DNA of 64,000 bases, taken from the NCBI GenBank assembly GCA_963703955.1, contig CAVPGK010000010.1, positions 237,969-301,968 on the forward strand, read 5' to 3'. A model generated the notes under the pieces. That model saw only the letters and a list, made by a program, of their open reading frames with translations. It was not told the DNA's origin and did no database searches. Below, in pieces: positions 27,587 to 38,455 of the stretch. The position numbers and the translations under genes are program-made. Source of the stretch: Nitrospirota bacterium. Lineage in GTDB: Bacteria; Nitrospirota; Nitrospiria; Nitrospirales; Nitrospiraceae. Numbering within the stretch: the stretch's first letter is position 1; every line of letters begins with the position of its first letter.

Positions 27587-28255
27587 TCAGCATTCGGTGA
27601 TCAGTCCGTCTTCCATATGGATGATGCAGTCGGTCTGGGCCGAGAGCTTCTCGTTGTGAGTGACGATAACAAAGGTAATGCCGCGATCGCGATTTAAGGT
27701 CCGCAGGAGACCGAACAGCGCCTCACCCGTGTGCGTATCGAGGTTGCCGGTCGGCTCGTCGGCAAGGACGACATCGGGCCGTTGCATCAGGGCGCGCGCC
27801 ACCGCCACCCGTTGCTGCTCTCCCCCGGACAGTTCTCCTGGTTTATGGTGAAGCCGGGCCTCGAGCCCCACCTCCTTGAGAAGGCTGACGGCTTCCTCTC
27901 TGGTTTCCATCGCCGGTCGATTCTGAATGTACGCCGGCAAGCAGACATTCTCGAGCGCAGTGAACTCAGGCAGTAGGTGGTGGAACTGGAAGACGAAACC
28001 GATGCGACGATTGCGGAACTCGGCTTGCCTCTGATCTGATAATTTGAACAGGTCCTGTCCCTCAAACGTGACGGTGCCGCTGGTCGGCCGATCGAGCGTG
28101 CCGATGATGTGAAGCAGTGTGCTCTTTCCCGCCCCGGATGCCCCCACGATGGCCAGCATCGTGCCGCGAGCAATCTCAAGATTGATCCCCTTCAAGACCG
28201 TGAGTTCCTGCCCGCCCATCGGGAACGATTTGTAGAGATTGCTGATCTGAATCAT
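27587..28255 (-). CDS. lolD: Lipoprotein-releasing ABC transporter ATP-binding protein
   Basis: GASGAGKST, FQFHHLL, LSGGEQQR and DEPTGNLD motifs. Confidence 0.93.
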   Translation of the reverse strand: MIQISNLYKSFPMGGQELTVLKGINLEIARGTMLAIVGASGAGKSTLLHIIGTLDRPTSGTVTFEGQDLFKLSDQRQAEFRNRRIGFVFQFHHLLPEFTALENVCLPAYIQNRPAMETREEAVSLLKEVGLEARLHHKPGELSGGEQQRVAVARALMQRPDVVLADEPTGNLDTHTGEALFGLLRTLNRDRGITFVIVTHNEKLSAQTDCIIHMEDGLITEC

Positions 28256-28265
28256 TGAAGAATTT

Positions 28266-28380
28266 TCTGATTAGTTTGTTTGTTGATTTGCTGATTGAAT
28301 GTTACGAAACCTTTTGTGAGATCACCTAATGCTCCGGCAATCAACAAATCAGCAACTCGACACATCAAACAAATCAACAC
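28266..28380. repeat. AT-rich palindrome built from ~8-nt units (ATCA[A/G]CAA)
   Basis: TTGTTGATTTGCTGATTG pairs with CAATCAACAAATCAGCAA, with further degenerate units on both sides. Confidence 0.65.
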
Positions 28381-28387
28381 ATTCTCG

Positions 28388-29686
28388 TTATTCATACCGC
28401 AGCGCGGCCGCCGGATCCAACTTCGCCGCCTGCCACGATGGGTAGAGCGTTGCAGCAAAGCTGATCAGAATCGCGGAGAACGAGACCAGAATGACATCCA
28501 CCGCCTGCACGTGTACCGGCACATGCGAGATGTAATAGACGGTCTGGTCGAAGGTCCAATAATGTTGAATGAGCCACAAGAAGGCGTATCCCAGCGGGAC
28601 GCCGATGACGGTGCCGGTCAAGCCGATGATCAATCCGTTCAGCATGAAGATGCGCATGATGGCCTTTCGCGTCGCCCCCATGGCTTTCAGGATCGCGATC
28701 TCCCGCTGCTTTTCGCTGACAATCATCGTCAACGTGCTGACGATGTTGAATGAGGCCACAATGGTGATCAGGACCAGCAACAAGAACATCATGGTCTTCT
28801 CAAGCTTCAGCGCGGAAAAGAGGTTCCGGTTCAGTTGCATCCAATCCCGGGCTGCGTACGGAAAACCCAGGACATGGTCGATGACTCCGGCGATCCGGTC
28901 GGCAGCGAAGATGTCGTCGACCTTCACCTCAATCCCGCTGACGCGATCGTTCATATTGAAGAATTTCTGTGCCTCACCCAATCCCATATAGGCGAGCGAC
29001 GAGTCGTACTCGAACATGCCGGATTCGAACACCGCGACGACGGTGAAGGTTCGGATCTTGGGAACCATGCCGACGGCGCTGATGGGTCCCACCGGCGAGA
29101 CGACATTCACGGTATCGCCGACGAACGCGCCCAGGCGCATGGCGAGCTCCTTGCCGAGAACAATGCCGGGATGGCTCTGAGTTGAGGCTGCATCGGATGG
29201 TATGGAGCCCGGTGTCTGGGATGGTGTCTCGTTACGGGACGGCGCGCGATCCGGCGTGATCAGGTCGTTCAAGCTTCCGGAGGTAATGTTCTTGCCGAGT
29301 TCGGTGACCTTCACTTCCCGTTGGGGATCAATCCCGCGGAGCACGATACCTTGCACGGCGGATCGAGAGGTCAGCAAGACCTGCCTGAGCACAAAGGGCG
29401 TCGCGGCCAGCACGTGAGGCACACCCTGGACCTGCCCCACGAGTGCGTCGTAGTCGGCCATACCGTCCTTCGTCCGGTCTTGAATGACGATGTGCGACGT
29501 CGTCCCCAGGATCTTGGCCTGCAAGTCCTCTTTGAAGCCGGTCATGATGCCGAGCGTACCGATCAGCGCAGCGACACCCAATGTGATGCCGGCCACCGAG
29601 ACGAAGGTGTTGAGTGATATCGTCCGATGGCGGCGCTTGGCGCGCAGGTACCGCAAGCCGACGAACATCTCATAGGGCAGCGGCAC
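28388..29686 (-). CDS. lolE: Lipoprotein-releasing ABC transporter permease LolC/E
   Basis: GLRYLRAKR, GITLGVAALI, EIAILKAMGA and LYPSWQAAKLDPAAALRYE motifs. Confidence 0.9.
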   Translation of the reverse strand: MPLPYEMFVGLRYLRAKRRHRTISLNTFVSVAGITLGVAALIGTLGIMTGFKEDLQAKILGTTSHIVIQDRTKDGMADYDALVGQVQGVPHVLAATPFVLRQVLLTSRSAVQGIVLRGIDPQREVKVTELGKNITSGSLNDLITPDRAPSRNETPSQTPGSIPSDAASTQSHPGIVLGKELAMRLGAFVGDTVNVVSPVGPISAVGMVPKIRTFTVVAVFESGMFEYDSSLAYMGLGEAQKFFNMNDRVSGIEVKVDDIFAADRIAGVIDHVLGFPYAARDWMQLNRNLFSALKLEKTMMFLLLVLITIVASFNIVSTLTMIVSEKQREIAILKAMGATRKAIMRIFMLNGLIIGLTGTVIGVPLGYAFLWLIQHYWTFDQTVYYISHVPVHVQAVDVILVSFSAILISFAATLYPSWQAAKLDPAAALRYE

Positions 29687-29688
29687 CG

Positions 29689-31160
<1,472 letters not shown>

Positions 31161-31214
31161 GATCCCAATCAATCCCATTCCTTTGTAAGGACGGGGTCAG
31201 AGAGAAACACGGAA

Positions 31215-32322
31215 TTATTTACTGGCCATTTGGTGCTTCAAATACGCTTCAATAAACTCGTCCAATTCGCCGTCCATGACGGCATCCACCTGCCCGACCT
31301 CGACATTCGTGCGGTGGTCCTTGACGAGTTGATACGGCTGAAAGACATAGGACCGGATCTGGCTGCCGAAGCCGATCTCCTTCTTTTCGCCCACGATCGA
31401 GTTGAATTCCGCTTCCTTCTTCTGCTGCTCCAGCTCGTAGAGCCGCGCCTTCAACACTTTCATCGCCGCCCGATTTGTTCTTGAGCTGTGACCGCTCGTT
31501 CTGGCACTGGACCACGATGCCGGTCGGAAGATGCGTGATGCGGATGGCGGTCTCCACTTTGTTGACGTTCTGGCCGCCGGCTCCGCCGGACCGAAAGGTG
31601 TCGATCCGCAGGTCTTTATCGTCGATCACGATGTCGATATCGTCGTCCAATTCAGGATACACGAAGACCGACGCGAACGAGGTGTGGCGTCGCTTGTTGG
31701 CATCAAACGGCGAGATCCGCACCAGCCGGTGTACCCCGGCCTCCGCCTTGAGGTAGCCGTAGGCGTAGGGCCCGTTCACCGCCAGCGTGACGCTCTTGAT
31801 TCCCGCTTCATCGCCCGGTTGGAGATCCAGCGTTTCGATCTTATACCCCTTTCGCTCGGCCCAGCGCGCGTACATGCGTAAGAGCATCTGGGCCCAGTCT
31901 TGTGATTCGGTGCCTCCAGCGCCCGGGATGGATCGGCTAGGATCGCATTGTTCGCGTCTCGCTCCCCCGAGAGCAACAACTCGACCCGAAACTGGTTGAC
32001 GGATGATTCGACCTGGGCCAATTCACCGGCGAGTTCCTGTTCCAGCGCCGCGTCCCCGGATTCTTCGGCCAGCTCAATCATGGCCTGGAGATCGGCATAC
32101 CGGCGTTCAATGTCCGCGACACGCTTGATCTCACGCTCGATCGCGGCCTTCTTGCGGCTCAGGCGCGCGGCGGCCGGGGGGTCTTTCCAAAAGTCCGGAT
32201 GCGTGATCTCTAGCTCGAGGTGTTCGAGATCGGATGTGAGTTGAGGGAGGTCAAAGATGCCCCCGAAGTTCCCGAACCTGGTCCCCGACCGTGGTGACTC
32301 GTGCTCGTAACTCGTCCAACAT
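31215..32322 (-). CDS. prfB: Peptide chain release factor 2 with programmed +1 frameshift, plus extra indels near 31935 and 31465
   Basis: SPF and GGQ motifs; N-terminus [23 protein letters not shown] followed by CTT-TGA-C. Confidence 0.95.
32250..32264 (-). promoter_or_regulatory. prfB programmed ribosomal frameshift site
   Basis: The minus strand reads GGGGG CAT CTT TGA C, an internal SD-like sequence plus the canonical CTTTGAC slippery stop. Confidence 0.9.
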
Positions 32323-32338
32323 GCGTCTGTCCTCTTCG

Positions 32339-33964
32339 TTAGGTGGGAGTGGCCCTGAGCACGATCCCTTCGGGGGCGCTGTCATGGGGCCAAAACCACG
32401 CGATCACAATCAAAAGTCCGGTGATTATAACACAGGCGTAGGCAAAGACATCGCCGTAATGGCTGTAGAAGGTGGGGGTATTTCTCACGGGAATCTGACC
32501 GCTGAGGGCGGTCTCGACGAAAATAGGAGTGGCATTCAGAATACGGCCCTGCCGATCGATGAAGCCGGATATGCCGGTATTGGCGGCGCGCGCGAAGGCG
32601 GTGCGATTTTCAACGGCGCGGAACACGACCATGCCGAAATGCTGGAACGGCGCCGCAGAGTCGCCGAACCAAGCGTCATTCGTGATGGTCACCATGAATT
32701 CCGCGCCATCCCGCACGAATTCACGGACGAGGTTGGGAAAGATGACCTCGAAGCAAATGACCACACCGAATCGGGCAGGCGGATCACTTGACACGCCTTC
32801 GGCCCGGTTAGTGGAGGCGGTGGGCAAGAAGAGGACGGTCGGGACGATCCCGGCTTCAAAATCACCGATGCCTTCGACCAGCTTGTCCAAAAAAAATAAG
32901 ACCCAGCGGAGCGGGACATACTCCCCGAACGGGACGAGATGCCGCTTATCATACCGACTAAGAATCTGGCCCTCCACAGAGAGCAAGTACGCGCTGTTGA
33001 GCAGGTAAGGTTTGCCGTTATCATAAAAGCGAAGAGCGGGACTCCCGAAGAGAAGCGGAACGTCGTGCTGGCGCGTGAGAGACGTCATTTCGGCTCGATA
33101 ATCTGTCTCCCTCTCGAACAGGAACGGCGTAGCGGCTTCGGGCCAAATCACCAAATCGGCGCCCTTCGCCACCCGGTCCGTTAACTTCCTATAACGATCC
33201 ATCGTCTCGCGTTGATGCGCGGCATCCCATTTCTGGGATTGGTCGATGTTCGCTTGGACGAGGGCGATGGTGAGGGACCGCTTCAAGTCGAGCTGCCTGC
33301 CGGGGTGCAGGGCAGACTGGCCATATAGCAACGTCAAGGCCATCCCAATCGTGGCTGCTGATGAAGAGAGCCATGGAAAGGAGCGATCAGACTGTATCTT
33401 GCCACCGGACCATACCCACAGGATGACCTCGCTCAACGCGGCGTTGACCAGGACAACCATGAACGACACACCGTACACGCCGGTCACATCTGCAATCTGG
33501 ATGGCCGGCAACCATTGATATTGCGTGTAACCCAGCAGAGACCAGGGAAGGCCGGAGAAGAGGTAGGTGCGAATGAGCTCTAGTGAGACCCAGAGAAACG
33601 GAGCCCCGAGGAATGCGACGAGAGGAACGGTCCTCCGCAACCACGCGAGGCCGAATGCATAGACGGCGACATAGAGACCGAGATAGCCGGCGAGCAAGGC
33701 CAAGGCCATGTAGCTCAGGATGAGGGGGAGCTGGCCGTAGGTATGCATGGCCGTAACCACCCAGGACATGGCACCAACGAAGGCGATCCATCCTGCCCAC
33801 CATCCCAGCCGAAACGCGCGCCGAGGGGCGAGGCGGTCGAGCGCGACGTGCAAAGGAACCAGCGCGACCCACGCCATCATGCCGAGGTCGAAATTAGGGA
33901 AGCAGAGCGGATAGAGGAGGCCGGTAAGGCTGGCGAGCAAGAGGTGGCCGGGTCCCTTCTTCAC
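32339..33964 (-). CDS. lnt: Apolipoprotein N-acyltransferase
   Basis: WPEAA, YDKRHLVPFGEYVP, ICFEVIF, TNDAWFG and RAANTGIS motifs. Start position is approximate. Confidence 0.95.
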   Translation of the reverse strand: MKKGPGHLLLASLTGLLYPLCFPNFDLGMMAWVALVPLHVALDRLAPRRAFRLGWWAGWIAFVGAMSWVVTAMHTYGQLPLILSYMALALLAGYLGLYVAVYAFGLAWLRRTVPLVAFLGAPFLWVSLELIRTYLFSGLPWSLLGYTQYQWLPAIQIADVTGVYGVSFMVVLVNAALSEVILWVWSGGKIQSDRSFPWLSSSAATIGMALTLLYGQSALHPGRQLDLKRSLTIALVQANIDQSQKWDAAHQRETMDRYRKLTDRVAKGADLVIWPEAATPFLFERETDYRAEMTSLTRQHDVPLLFGSPALRFYDNGKPYLLNSAYLLSVEGQILSRYDKRHLVPFGEYVPLRWVLFFLDKLVEGIGDFEAGIVPTVLFLPTASTNRAEGVSSDPPARFGVVICFEVIFPNLVREFVRDGAEFMVTITNDAWFGDSAAPFQHFGMVVFRAVENRTAFARAANTGISGFIDRQGRILNATPIFVETALSGQIPVRNTPTFYSHYGDVFAYACVIITGLLIVIAWFWPHDSAPEGIVLRATPT

Positions 33965-34052
33965 GGCGCGTACATTAACGAAAGAACCGAAGCGGTTGCA
34001 ACTGTCGCCATTTCCGGGGGAGTTCGCTATGATAGCGAGCGTGGGGAATCGC

Positions 34053-34442
34053 ATGAAGAGCTGGATTGCAGGGCTGATGGTAGGCGTGAGCCTCTGCATG
34101 GCCACGCCGTCATTTGCTGAAGACCCGCCGCTCCTCCGTCAGATGGGAACAAAGCTCATGCGAGGGGTGGCGAATCTCACGACGGGATGGGTGGAAGTGC
34201 CCAAGCAGATCTATCATGTCGGGCACGAAGAAGGCTGGGTGATCGGCGCCGTCCGCGGGCCGATTGACGGATTGGGAATGTTTGCGGCTCGCACGATAGC
34301 CGGGGCCTATGAAATCCTGTCCTTCCTCTTTCCCATTCCGTCCCAGTACCAGCCGATGCTGCAACCGGATTACGTCTGGCAGGCCGATGCGCCGGAAGCC
34401 CCTGCGTCATCCTTCGAGCCGATCCCTCCCGTCACCCCTTAG
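34053..34442 (+). CDS. Exported protein resembling exosortase system-associated proteins (TIGR04073-like)
   Basis: Signal peptide; KLMRGVANLTTGWVEVPKQI and RTIAGAYEILSF motifs. Confidence 0.7.
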   Translation: MKSWIAGLMVGVSLCMATPSFAEDPPLLRQMGTKLMRGVANLTTGWVEVPKQIYHVGHEEGWVIGAVRGPIDGLGMFAARTIAGAYEILSFLFPIPSQYQPMLQPDYVWQADAPEAPASSFEPIPPVTP

Positions 34443-34750
34443 CCCGGATTATTCATGAACGCCTACTGTGGCTGCCGATCCTCTCGACCAGCGGGGCTTT
34501 TCTCGTTCAGTGGACCGGCCGCCTCAGCGTCTCGGCGGCGCGCACAAACGTGGCGCTCTTTATTCATCGCGCCGTGCGCCCTCGACGGACCGCAAGTACG
34601 CCTGCGTCGGCTTCACTTGCGAGAAGCCCCGGTGGCCTTCGGTCTCAGCAAGACACAGCCACCTCACCACTCGGCGGCGTCCGCAAACGTGACGCTCGTT
34701 ATTCCTCGCGTCGCGGACCTCGCGACGGCATTCACGAATAATCCTGGCTA
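34440..34750. mobile_element. MITE-like element (~310 bp) with 24-bp terminal inverted repeats and an internal ~54-bp direct repeat
   Basis: TAGCCCGGATTATTCATGAACGCC ... GGCATTCACGAATAATCCTGGCTA match at 21/24; internal repeats at 34531-34584 and 34670-34723. Confidence 0.7.
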
Positions 34751-34754
34751 GCCC

Positions 34755-35246
34755 ATGGATCATTCCAGCGACGCCCATCATCACAATCATCACGCGCATC
34801 AGGAAAGCCCGTCTCTCAATCAACTCTCCCTAGCCGCCACGTTGCACTGTCTCACCGGCTGCGGCATCGGGGAGGTGTTGGGCCTGGTCATCGCGAGCTG
34901 GTTGGGTTGGGGGAACGTCGCGTCGATCGCCCTCGCCGTCGCGCTCGCGTTCCTCTGCGGGTATTCGCTGACGCTGCGCCCGCTGCTCGCAGCCGGAATG
35001 GATATGGGAATGGCCGCCCGGCTGGCGTTCGCCGCAGACACCCTGTCCATTATCGTCATGGAGATTATCGATAACGCGGTCATGTTGGTGATTCCCGGCG
35101 CCATGGACGCCGGTGCGACCGACCTGCTGTTCTGGGTGAGCCTCGCGATTTCTCTCGTCGCCGCTTTCGTCGCCGCCTTTCCCGTCAACCGCTGGCTGAT
35201 TACCCAGGGCCGCGGCCATGCGGTCGTGCACGCCCACCATCACTGA
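34755..35246 (+). CDS. DUF4396 family membrane protein with His-rich termini
   Basis: ATLHCLTGCGIGE, DTLSIIVMEI and FPVNRWLI..GRGHA motifs. Confidence 0.85.
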   Translation: MDHSSDAHHHNHHAHQESPSLNQLSLAATLHCLTGCGIGEVLGLVIASWLGWGNVASIALAVALAFLCGYSLTLRPLLAAGMDMGMAARLAFAADTLSIIVMEIIDNAVMLVIPGAMDAGATDLLFWVSLAISLVAAFVAAFPVNRWLITQGRGHAVVHAHHH

Positions 35247-35468
35247 GAGGGTCTGGATGCGCTGATTCTGGGCTCAACCGCAGCAAGAATGGGGCTATGC
35301 CGATCGGTGTGTGTCGCCCATGTGAGATCGTTGACAAGTTCTCGAAGAGTGGCGAGAATCGACCTGATGGTTCTTCGTTTGTGGGACTGGGATATGCCGA
35401 TCAGTATACTCAAAGGTTAGGTCCCAATCGAGGTCGATGCAAAATTTGGACACATTTGGAGGTTCAGG

Positions 35469-35669
35469 ATGGGTGTCATCGAACAAATCGAGGCGCAAAT
35501 CGAGAAGCTCGGCGCGAAGGCCTTCGCTGCGCTTCGCGGTTGGTTCATCGATCACATGCACAGCCGTTGGGATGAACAGATCGAGGCTGATTCCGCAGCC
35601 GGGAAGCTTGACTTTCTGGTCGAGGAGGCTTCAGAAGCAGAGCGGCGCGGGGAAACTCGCCCTCTGTGA
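35469..35669 (+). CDS. Putative antitoxin
   Basis: 66 aa with WDEQIEADSAAGKLDFL; GGAGG RBS; GTGA overlap with a RelE/ParE-like ORF. Confidence 0.65.
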   Translation: MGVIEQIEAQIEKLGAKAFAALRGWFIDHMHSRWDEQIEADSAAGKLDFLVEEASEAERRGETRPL

Positions 35670-35837
35670 AACACAGAACGACTCCAAGGTTTTGGCGCGC
35701 CTATGAAGCGCTTCCCGCCGAGATTCGAAGGCTCGCGGACAATTTTGAGCTGTTGAAGTCCGACCCATCGCATTCTTCCCTTTACTTCAAAAAGGTCGGG
35801 AAGTTCTGGTCGGCGAGAGTTGGACGTCAATACCGTG
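35666..35837 (+). pseudogene. 3'-truncated RelE/ParE-like toxin
   Basis: MKHRTTPRFW...LLKSDPSHSSLYFKKVGKFWSARVGRQYR, after which resemblance stops and the frame runs on into the next gene. Confidence 0.55.
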
Positions 35838-35911
35838 GCTCAAGCCGGGACGAACCTCATTGTGACTTCGAAAAGACTGAAAAAGCGCAGAATAAAAAAT
35901 GGAGTGGAAAA

Positions 35912-37060
35912 ATGACGTTTGAAGGTATACCGCAAGTTGTGGAGCGGTTCTTTATCGGGTTAGCGGCTCTTCTCCTTGGGATCTCGGTGAGCGTCGTCTC
36001 CAGTGTCCAGGCTCGAACGCTCGAATGCGGTACGTTCACGTTCCCTAAGTGCGGCGGCCCCGACTACCAGTACGGGGGTCGTTTTAAGCCTCGCCTAGGA
36101 TTTGGCGGCTTTGGTGGCGGAACCTGCGTAGCCACGCACACACCCGTTGTGTTTATCCATGGCAACGGGGACAGGGCGACCACGTGGGATTCTCCGATTA
36201 CCGGTCCGGTTGGAAATTTGCCGGCACCGGCAAAATCAATGTATGACGAATTCAAGGCGCGTGGATACAACGAGTGCGAGCTATTCGGCATCACGTATTT
36301 AAACAAGGATGAGCGCAAAGCTCCGCAGTCGAATTATCACAGCCCGGACAAGTATAAAATCATCATAGGGTTCATCGAAGCGGTCAAATCATACACGGGT
36401 AAGCCGCAGATCGATGTCGTGGCCCATTCATTAGGGGTATCCATGACCATCGCCGCGTTAACCTATCACGATTCTCGAGATCCGGTGCGCCACGGTTGGG
36501 ACAGCATACGGAAATTTGTGAACATTGCCGGCGGCATCCGCGGACTCAGCTCGTGCCTGTATGTGGGTTATGCAAACGTCCTCGCAACGACATGCGGCTC
36601 TGAGAATGTGTGGAACCGGTATATTTTCGGCTTCTATCCGGATAGCGCGACCTGGTTCGGTTACAACGCATGGACCGGTCCCGTCGGACCTTTTAGTATG
36701 CGCCGAGCGCCGGTAGTTCATCCCAAAGTGGAGTTTTATTCCATCCATGCCGGCGAACATGACCAAATCCACTGCAGTACTCTCCGGGGTATACCGGACT
36801 GCAGCAAAGGCGCGCTTTTCGTTAACAATGCCAACGTCAAGGCCCAGTTGAACGTTGGCGCCGGCGCGACGCCTCAGCAGTTGGATTTCAACTTTAAAGA
36901 CTGGAGTCCATTCGTCCAGATGGGGGGCGATGCTGATGGAGTCGGGCACTTTAAGTCAAAGAATAATGCGGGGGAAATCATTTATCACATGCTGAATTCG
37001 GATTGCACTGATTTGGATTGTAAAGGCACCTACACGGGCGGCCCCGTCATCGCAGAGTGA
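35912..37060 (+). CDS. Secreted lipase-like alpha/beta hydrolase
   Basis: PVVFIHGNGD and IDVVAHSLG motifs; hydrophobic signal; GGAG before ATG 35912. Confidence 0.8.
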   Translation: MTFEGIPQVVERFFIGLAALLLGISVSVVSSVQARTLECGTFTFPKCGGPDYQYGGRFKPRLGFGGFGGGTCVATHTPVVFIHGNGDRATTWDSPITGPVGNLPAPAKSMYDEFKARGYNECELFGITYLNKDERKAPQSNYHSPDKYKIIIGFIEAVKSYTGKPQIDVVAHSLGVSMTIAALTYHDSRDPVRHGWDSIRKFVNIAGGIRGLSSCLYVGYANVLATTCGSENVWNRYIFGFYPDSATWFGYNAWTGPVGPFSMRRAPVVHPKVEFYSIHAGEHDQIHCSTLRGIPDCSKGALFVNNANVKAQLNVGAGATPQQLDFNFKDWSPFVQMGGDADGVGHFKSKNNAGEIIYHMLNSDCTDLDCKGTYTGGPVIAE

Positions 37061-38368
37061 CCGGCCGGGGAGATAGGTAACAAAGTTGTCGAGGGACATG
37101 GGTTACACGGGTTTGCGGTTAAGTCTGCCATATTCGTCCTCGATACGCATGTGTCGCTCGATGAGGCGTCCAAGCTTGAGCGGCCCGAAGTAGACATTCC
37201 AAACCCCGTTGTCGATCTCCTCGAGCCCGACGTATTCGCCGACGCAGACGATCGAGACGTTGACCCACTCGCGGTTCCAGCGGATGCCACCATTGGCGCT
37301 GACGTAGCGCACTTCGAATCTGTCGGGGTATTCCAGGGGTGGCAATGTGCTGGGCATCTTGCGCGTTGACGCGCGGTAACAGGACGCGGGCGTGTGCTGG
37401 TCGAGCGCTTCGTGTGGGCGCTCGTGATTGAACTCATCTCGAAAGGCATTGAATCGGCGTTGTTGTGCGGCCAGACTGCCGGCGGCCGGACGGGTCGTGT
37501 CGGCTTTGAGGGTACGATGCATACGCTCGTGGCGCCCGTTCTGTTGGGGTTTGCCCGGTTCGATGAACTCCGGCAGGATCCCGAGCCGTACCCACCAGGC
37601 CGAAAGCCGCGACAGCCGCGCCAGGGTGTTGGTGGCAAACGGCACGCCGTTATCGGTGCGGATGCGCATGGGCAGACCGTATTCCTTGAACAGCCTGGTA
37701 AAAACTGGCTTGGCTTCGTCCACGGCGGTTGAGTTCAGCCCCTGGCACCCCAGTAGATAGCGGCTGAAGCCGTCGGCCACGGTCAGCGGGTAGCAGTAGC
37801 GGCCATTGCCGGTCTTGAACTGGCCTTTGAAGTCCGCGCTCCAGAGGTCATTGGGAGCCAGGATCGAGCCGGTCGGCTTGCCTGGATGGCCGATGCGCCG
37901 ACGGTGGCGCGTGTGAGGCACCATGCCGTGTCGCTTGAGGATGTCACCCACGGTGGATCGGTGAGGCAGATCCCAGCTCGGGTCGCGCTTGTGTAGCAGC
38001 GCCAAGAGTTTCTTGCCACCCCAGGACGGGTGACGGCGTCGCGCCTGGAGGAGCGCCTCAACGATGTCCTCCGCCGTCTGATTGGGCGAATGCTGTGGCC
38101 GACGCGAGTGGTCCTGAAGCCCGGCCGGTCCGTGTCGGAGGTAGCGGTCGATCCACTTATAGGCGGTCTTGCGCGACACGCTATACAGGGCGCACAGTTC
38201 CGTGACGCTCAGCGTCTCGCGCAGGTAATCGGCGATCAATTGTGTTCTCTGGTCCATAGGTGACGTCTGACTCCACGGCATGGGCACCTCCTTTGGTGCC
38301 CGTGAGTGTGCGCAAACTGTTACCTATGTCCCAAGACTAAACTGTTACCTATGTGTCCAGACCGTACC
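37058..38368 (-). mobile_element. IS481-family insertion sequence
   Basis: Transposase flanked by imperfect ~25-bp inverted repeats containing ATAGGTAACA / TGTTACCTAT, each with a second internal copy. Confidence 0.8.
37103..38281 (-). CDS. IS481-family DDE transposase
   Basis: N-terminal HTH (SRKTAYKWIDRY); WSADFKG, RTDNG and PQQNGRHERMHRTLK motifs. Confidence 0.92.
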   Translation of the reverse strand: MPWSQTSPMDQRTQLIADYLRETLSVTELCALYSVSRKTAYKWIDRYLRHGPAGLQDHSRRPQHSPNQTAEDIVEALLQARRRHPSWGGKKLLALLHKRDPSWDLPHRSTVGDILKRHGMVPHTRHRRRIGHPGKPTGSILAPNDLWSADFKGQFKTGNGRYCYPLTVADGFSRYLLGCQGLNSTAVDEAKPVFTRLFKEYGLPMRIRTDNGVPFATNTLARLSRLSAWWVRLGILPEFIEPGKPQQNGRHERMHRTLKADTTRPAAGSLAAQQRRFNAFRDEFNHERPHEALDQHTPASCYRASTRKMPSTLPPLEYPDRFEVRYVSANGGIRWNREWVNVSIVCVGEYVGLEEIDNGVWNVYFGPLKLGRLIERHMRIEDEYGRLNRKPV

Positions 38369-38455
38369 GAGGGCGAACCATAATCAACCTAACTTGGCGC
38401 TCCAGCCAACCACGCAAGAACGGTGCGAAAGACGAGAGACTGTACGTGAGCCTTG

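Noticed and set aside
35292..35405. 17-bp imperfect direct repeat GGG[C/A]TATGCCGATC[G/A]GT, 97 bp apart, as a CRISPR or att pair
   Set aside because: Only two short imperfect copies and no cas or integrase genes; it could be chance or a regulator site.
35666..37060. A genuine 464-aa toxin-lipase fusion protein
   Set aside because: The internal RBS, ATG and signal peptide at 35912 and the low-complexity linker indicate two separate units that happen to be in frame.
38387..38455. attC-like start ACCTAAC-TTGGCGCTCCAGCCAAC next to the IS
   Set aside because: No complementary GTTRRRY end or pairing arm was found, and there is no integron integrase in the window.
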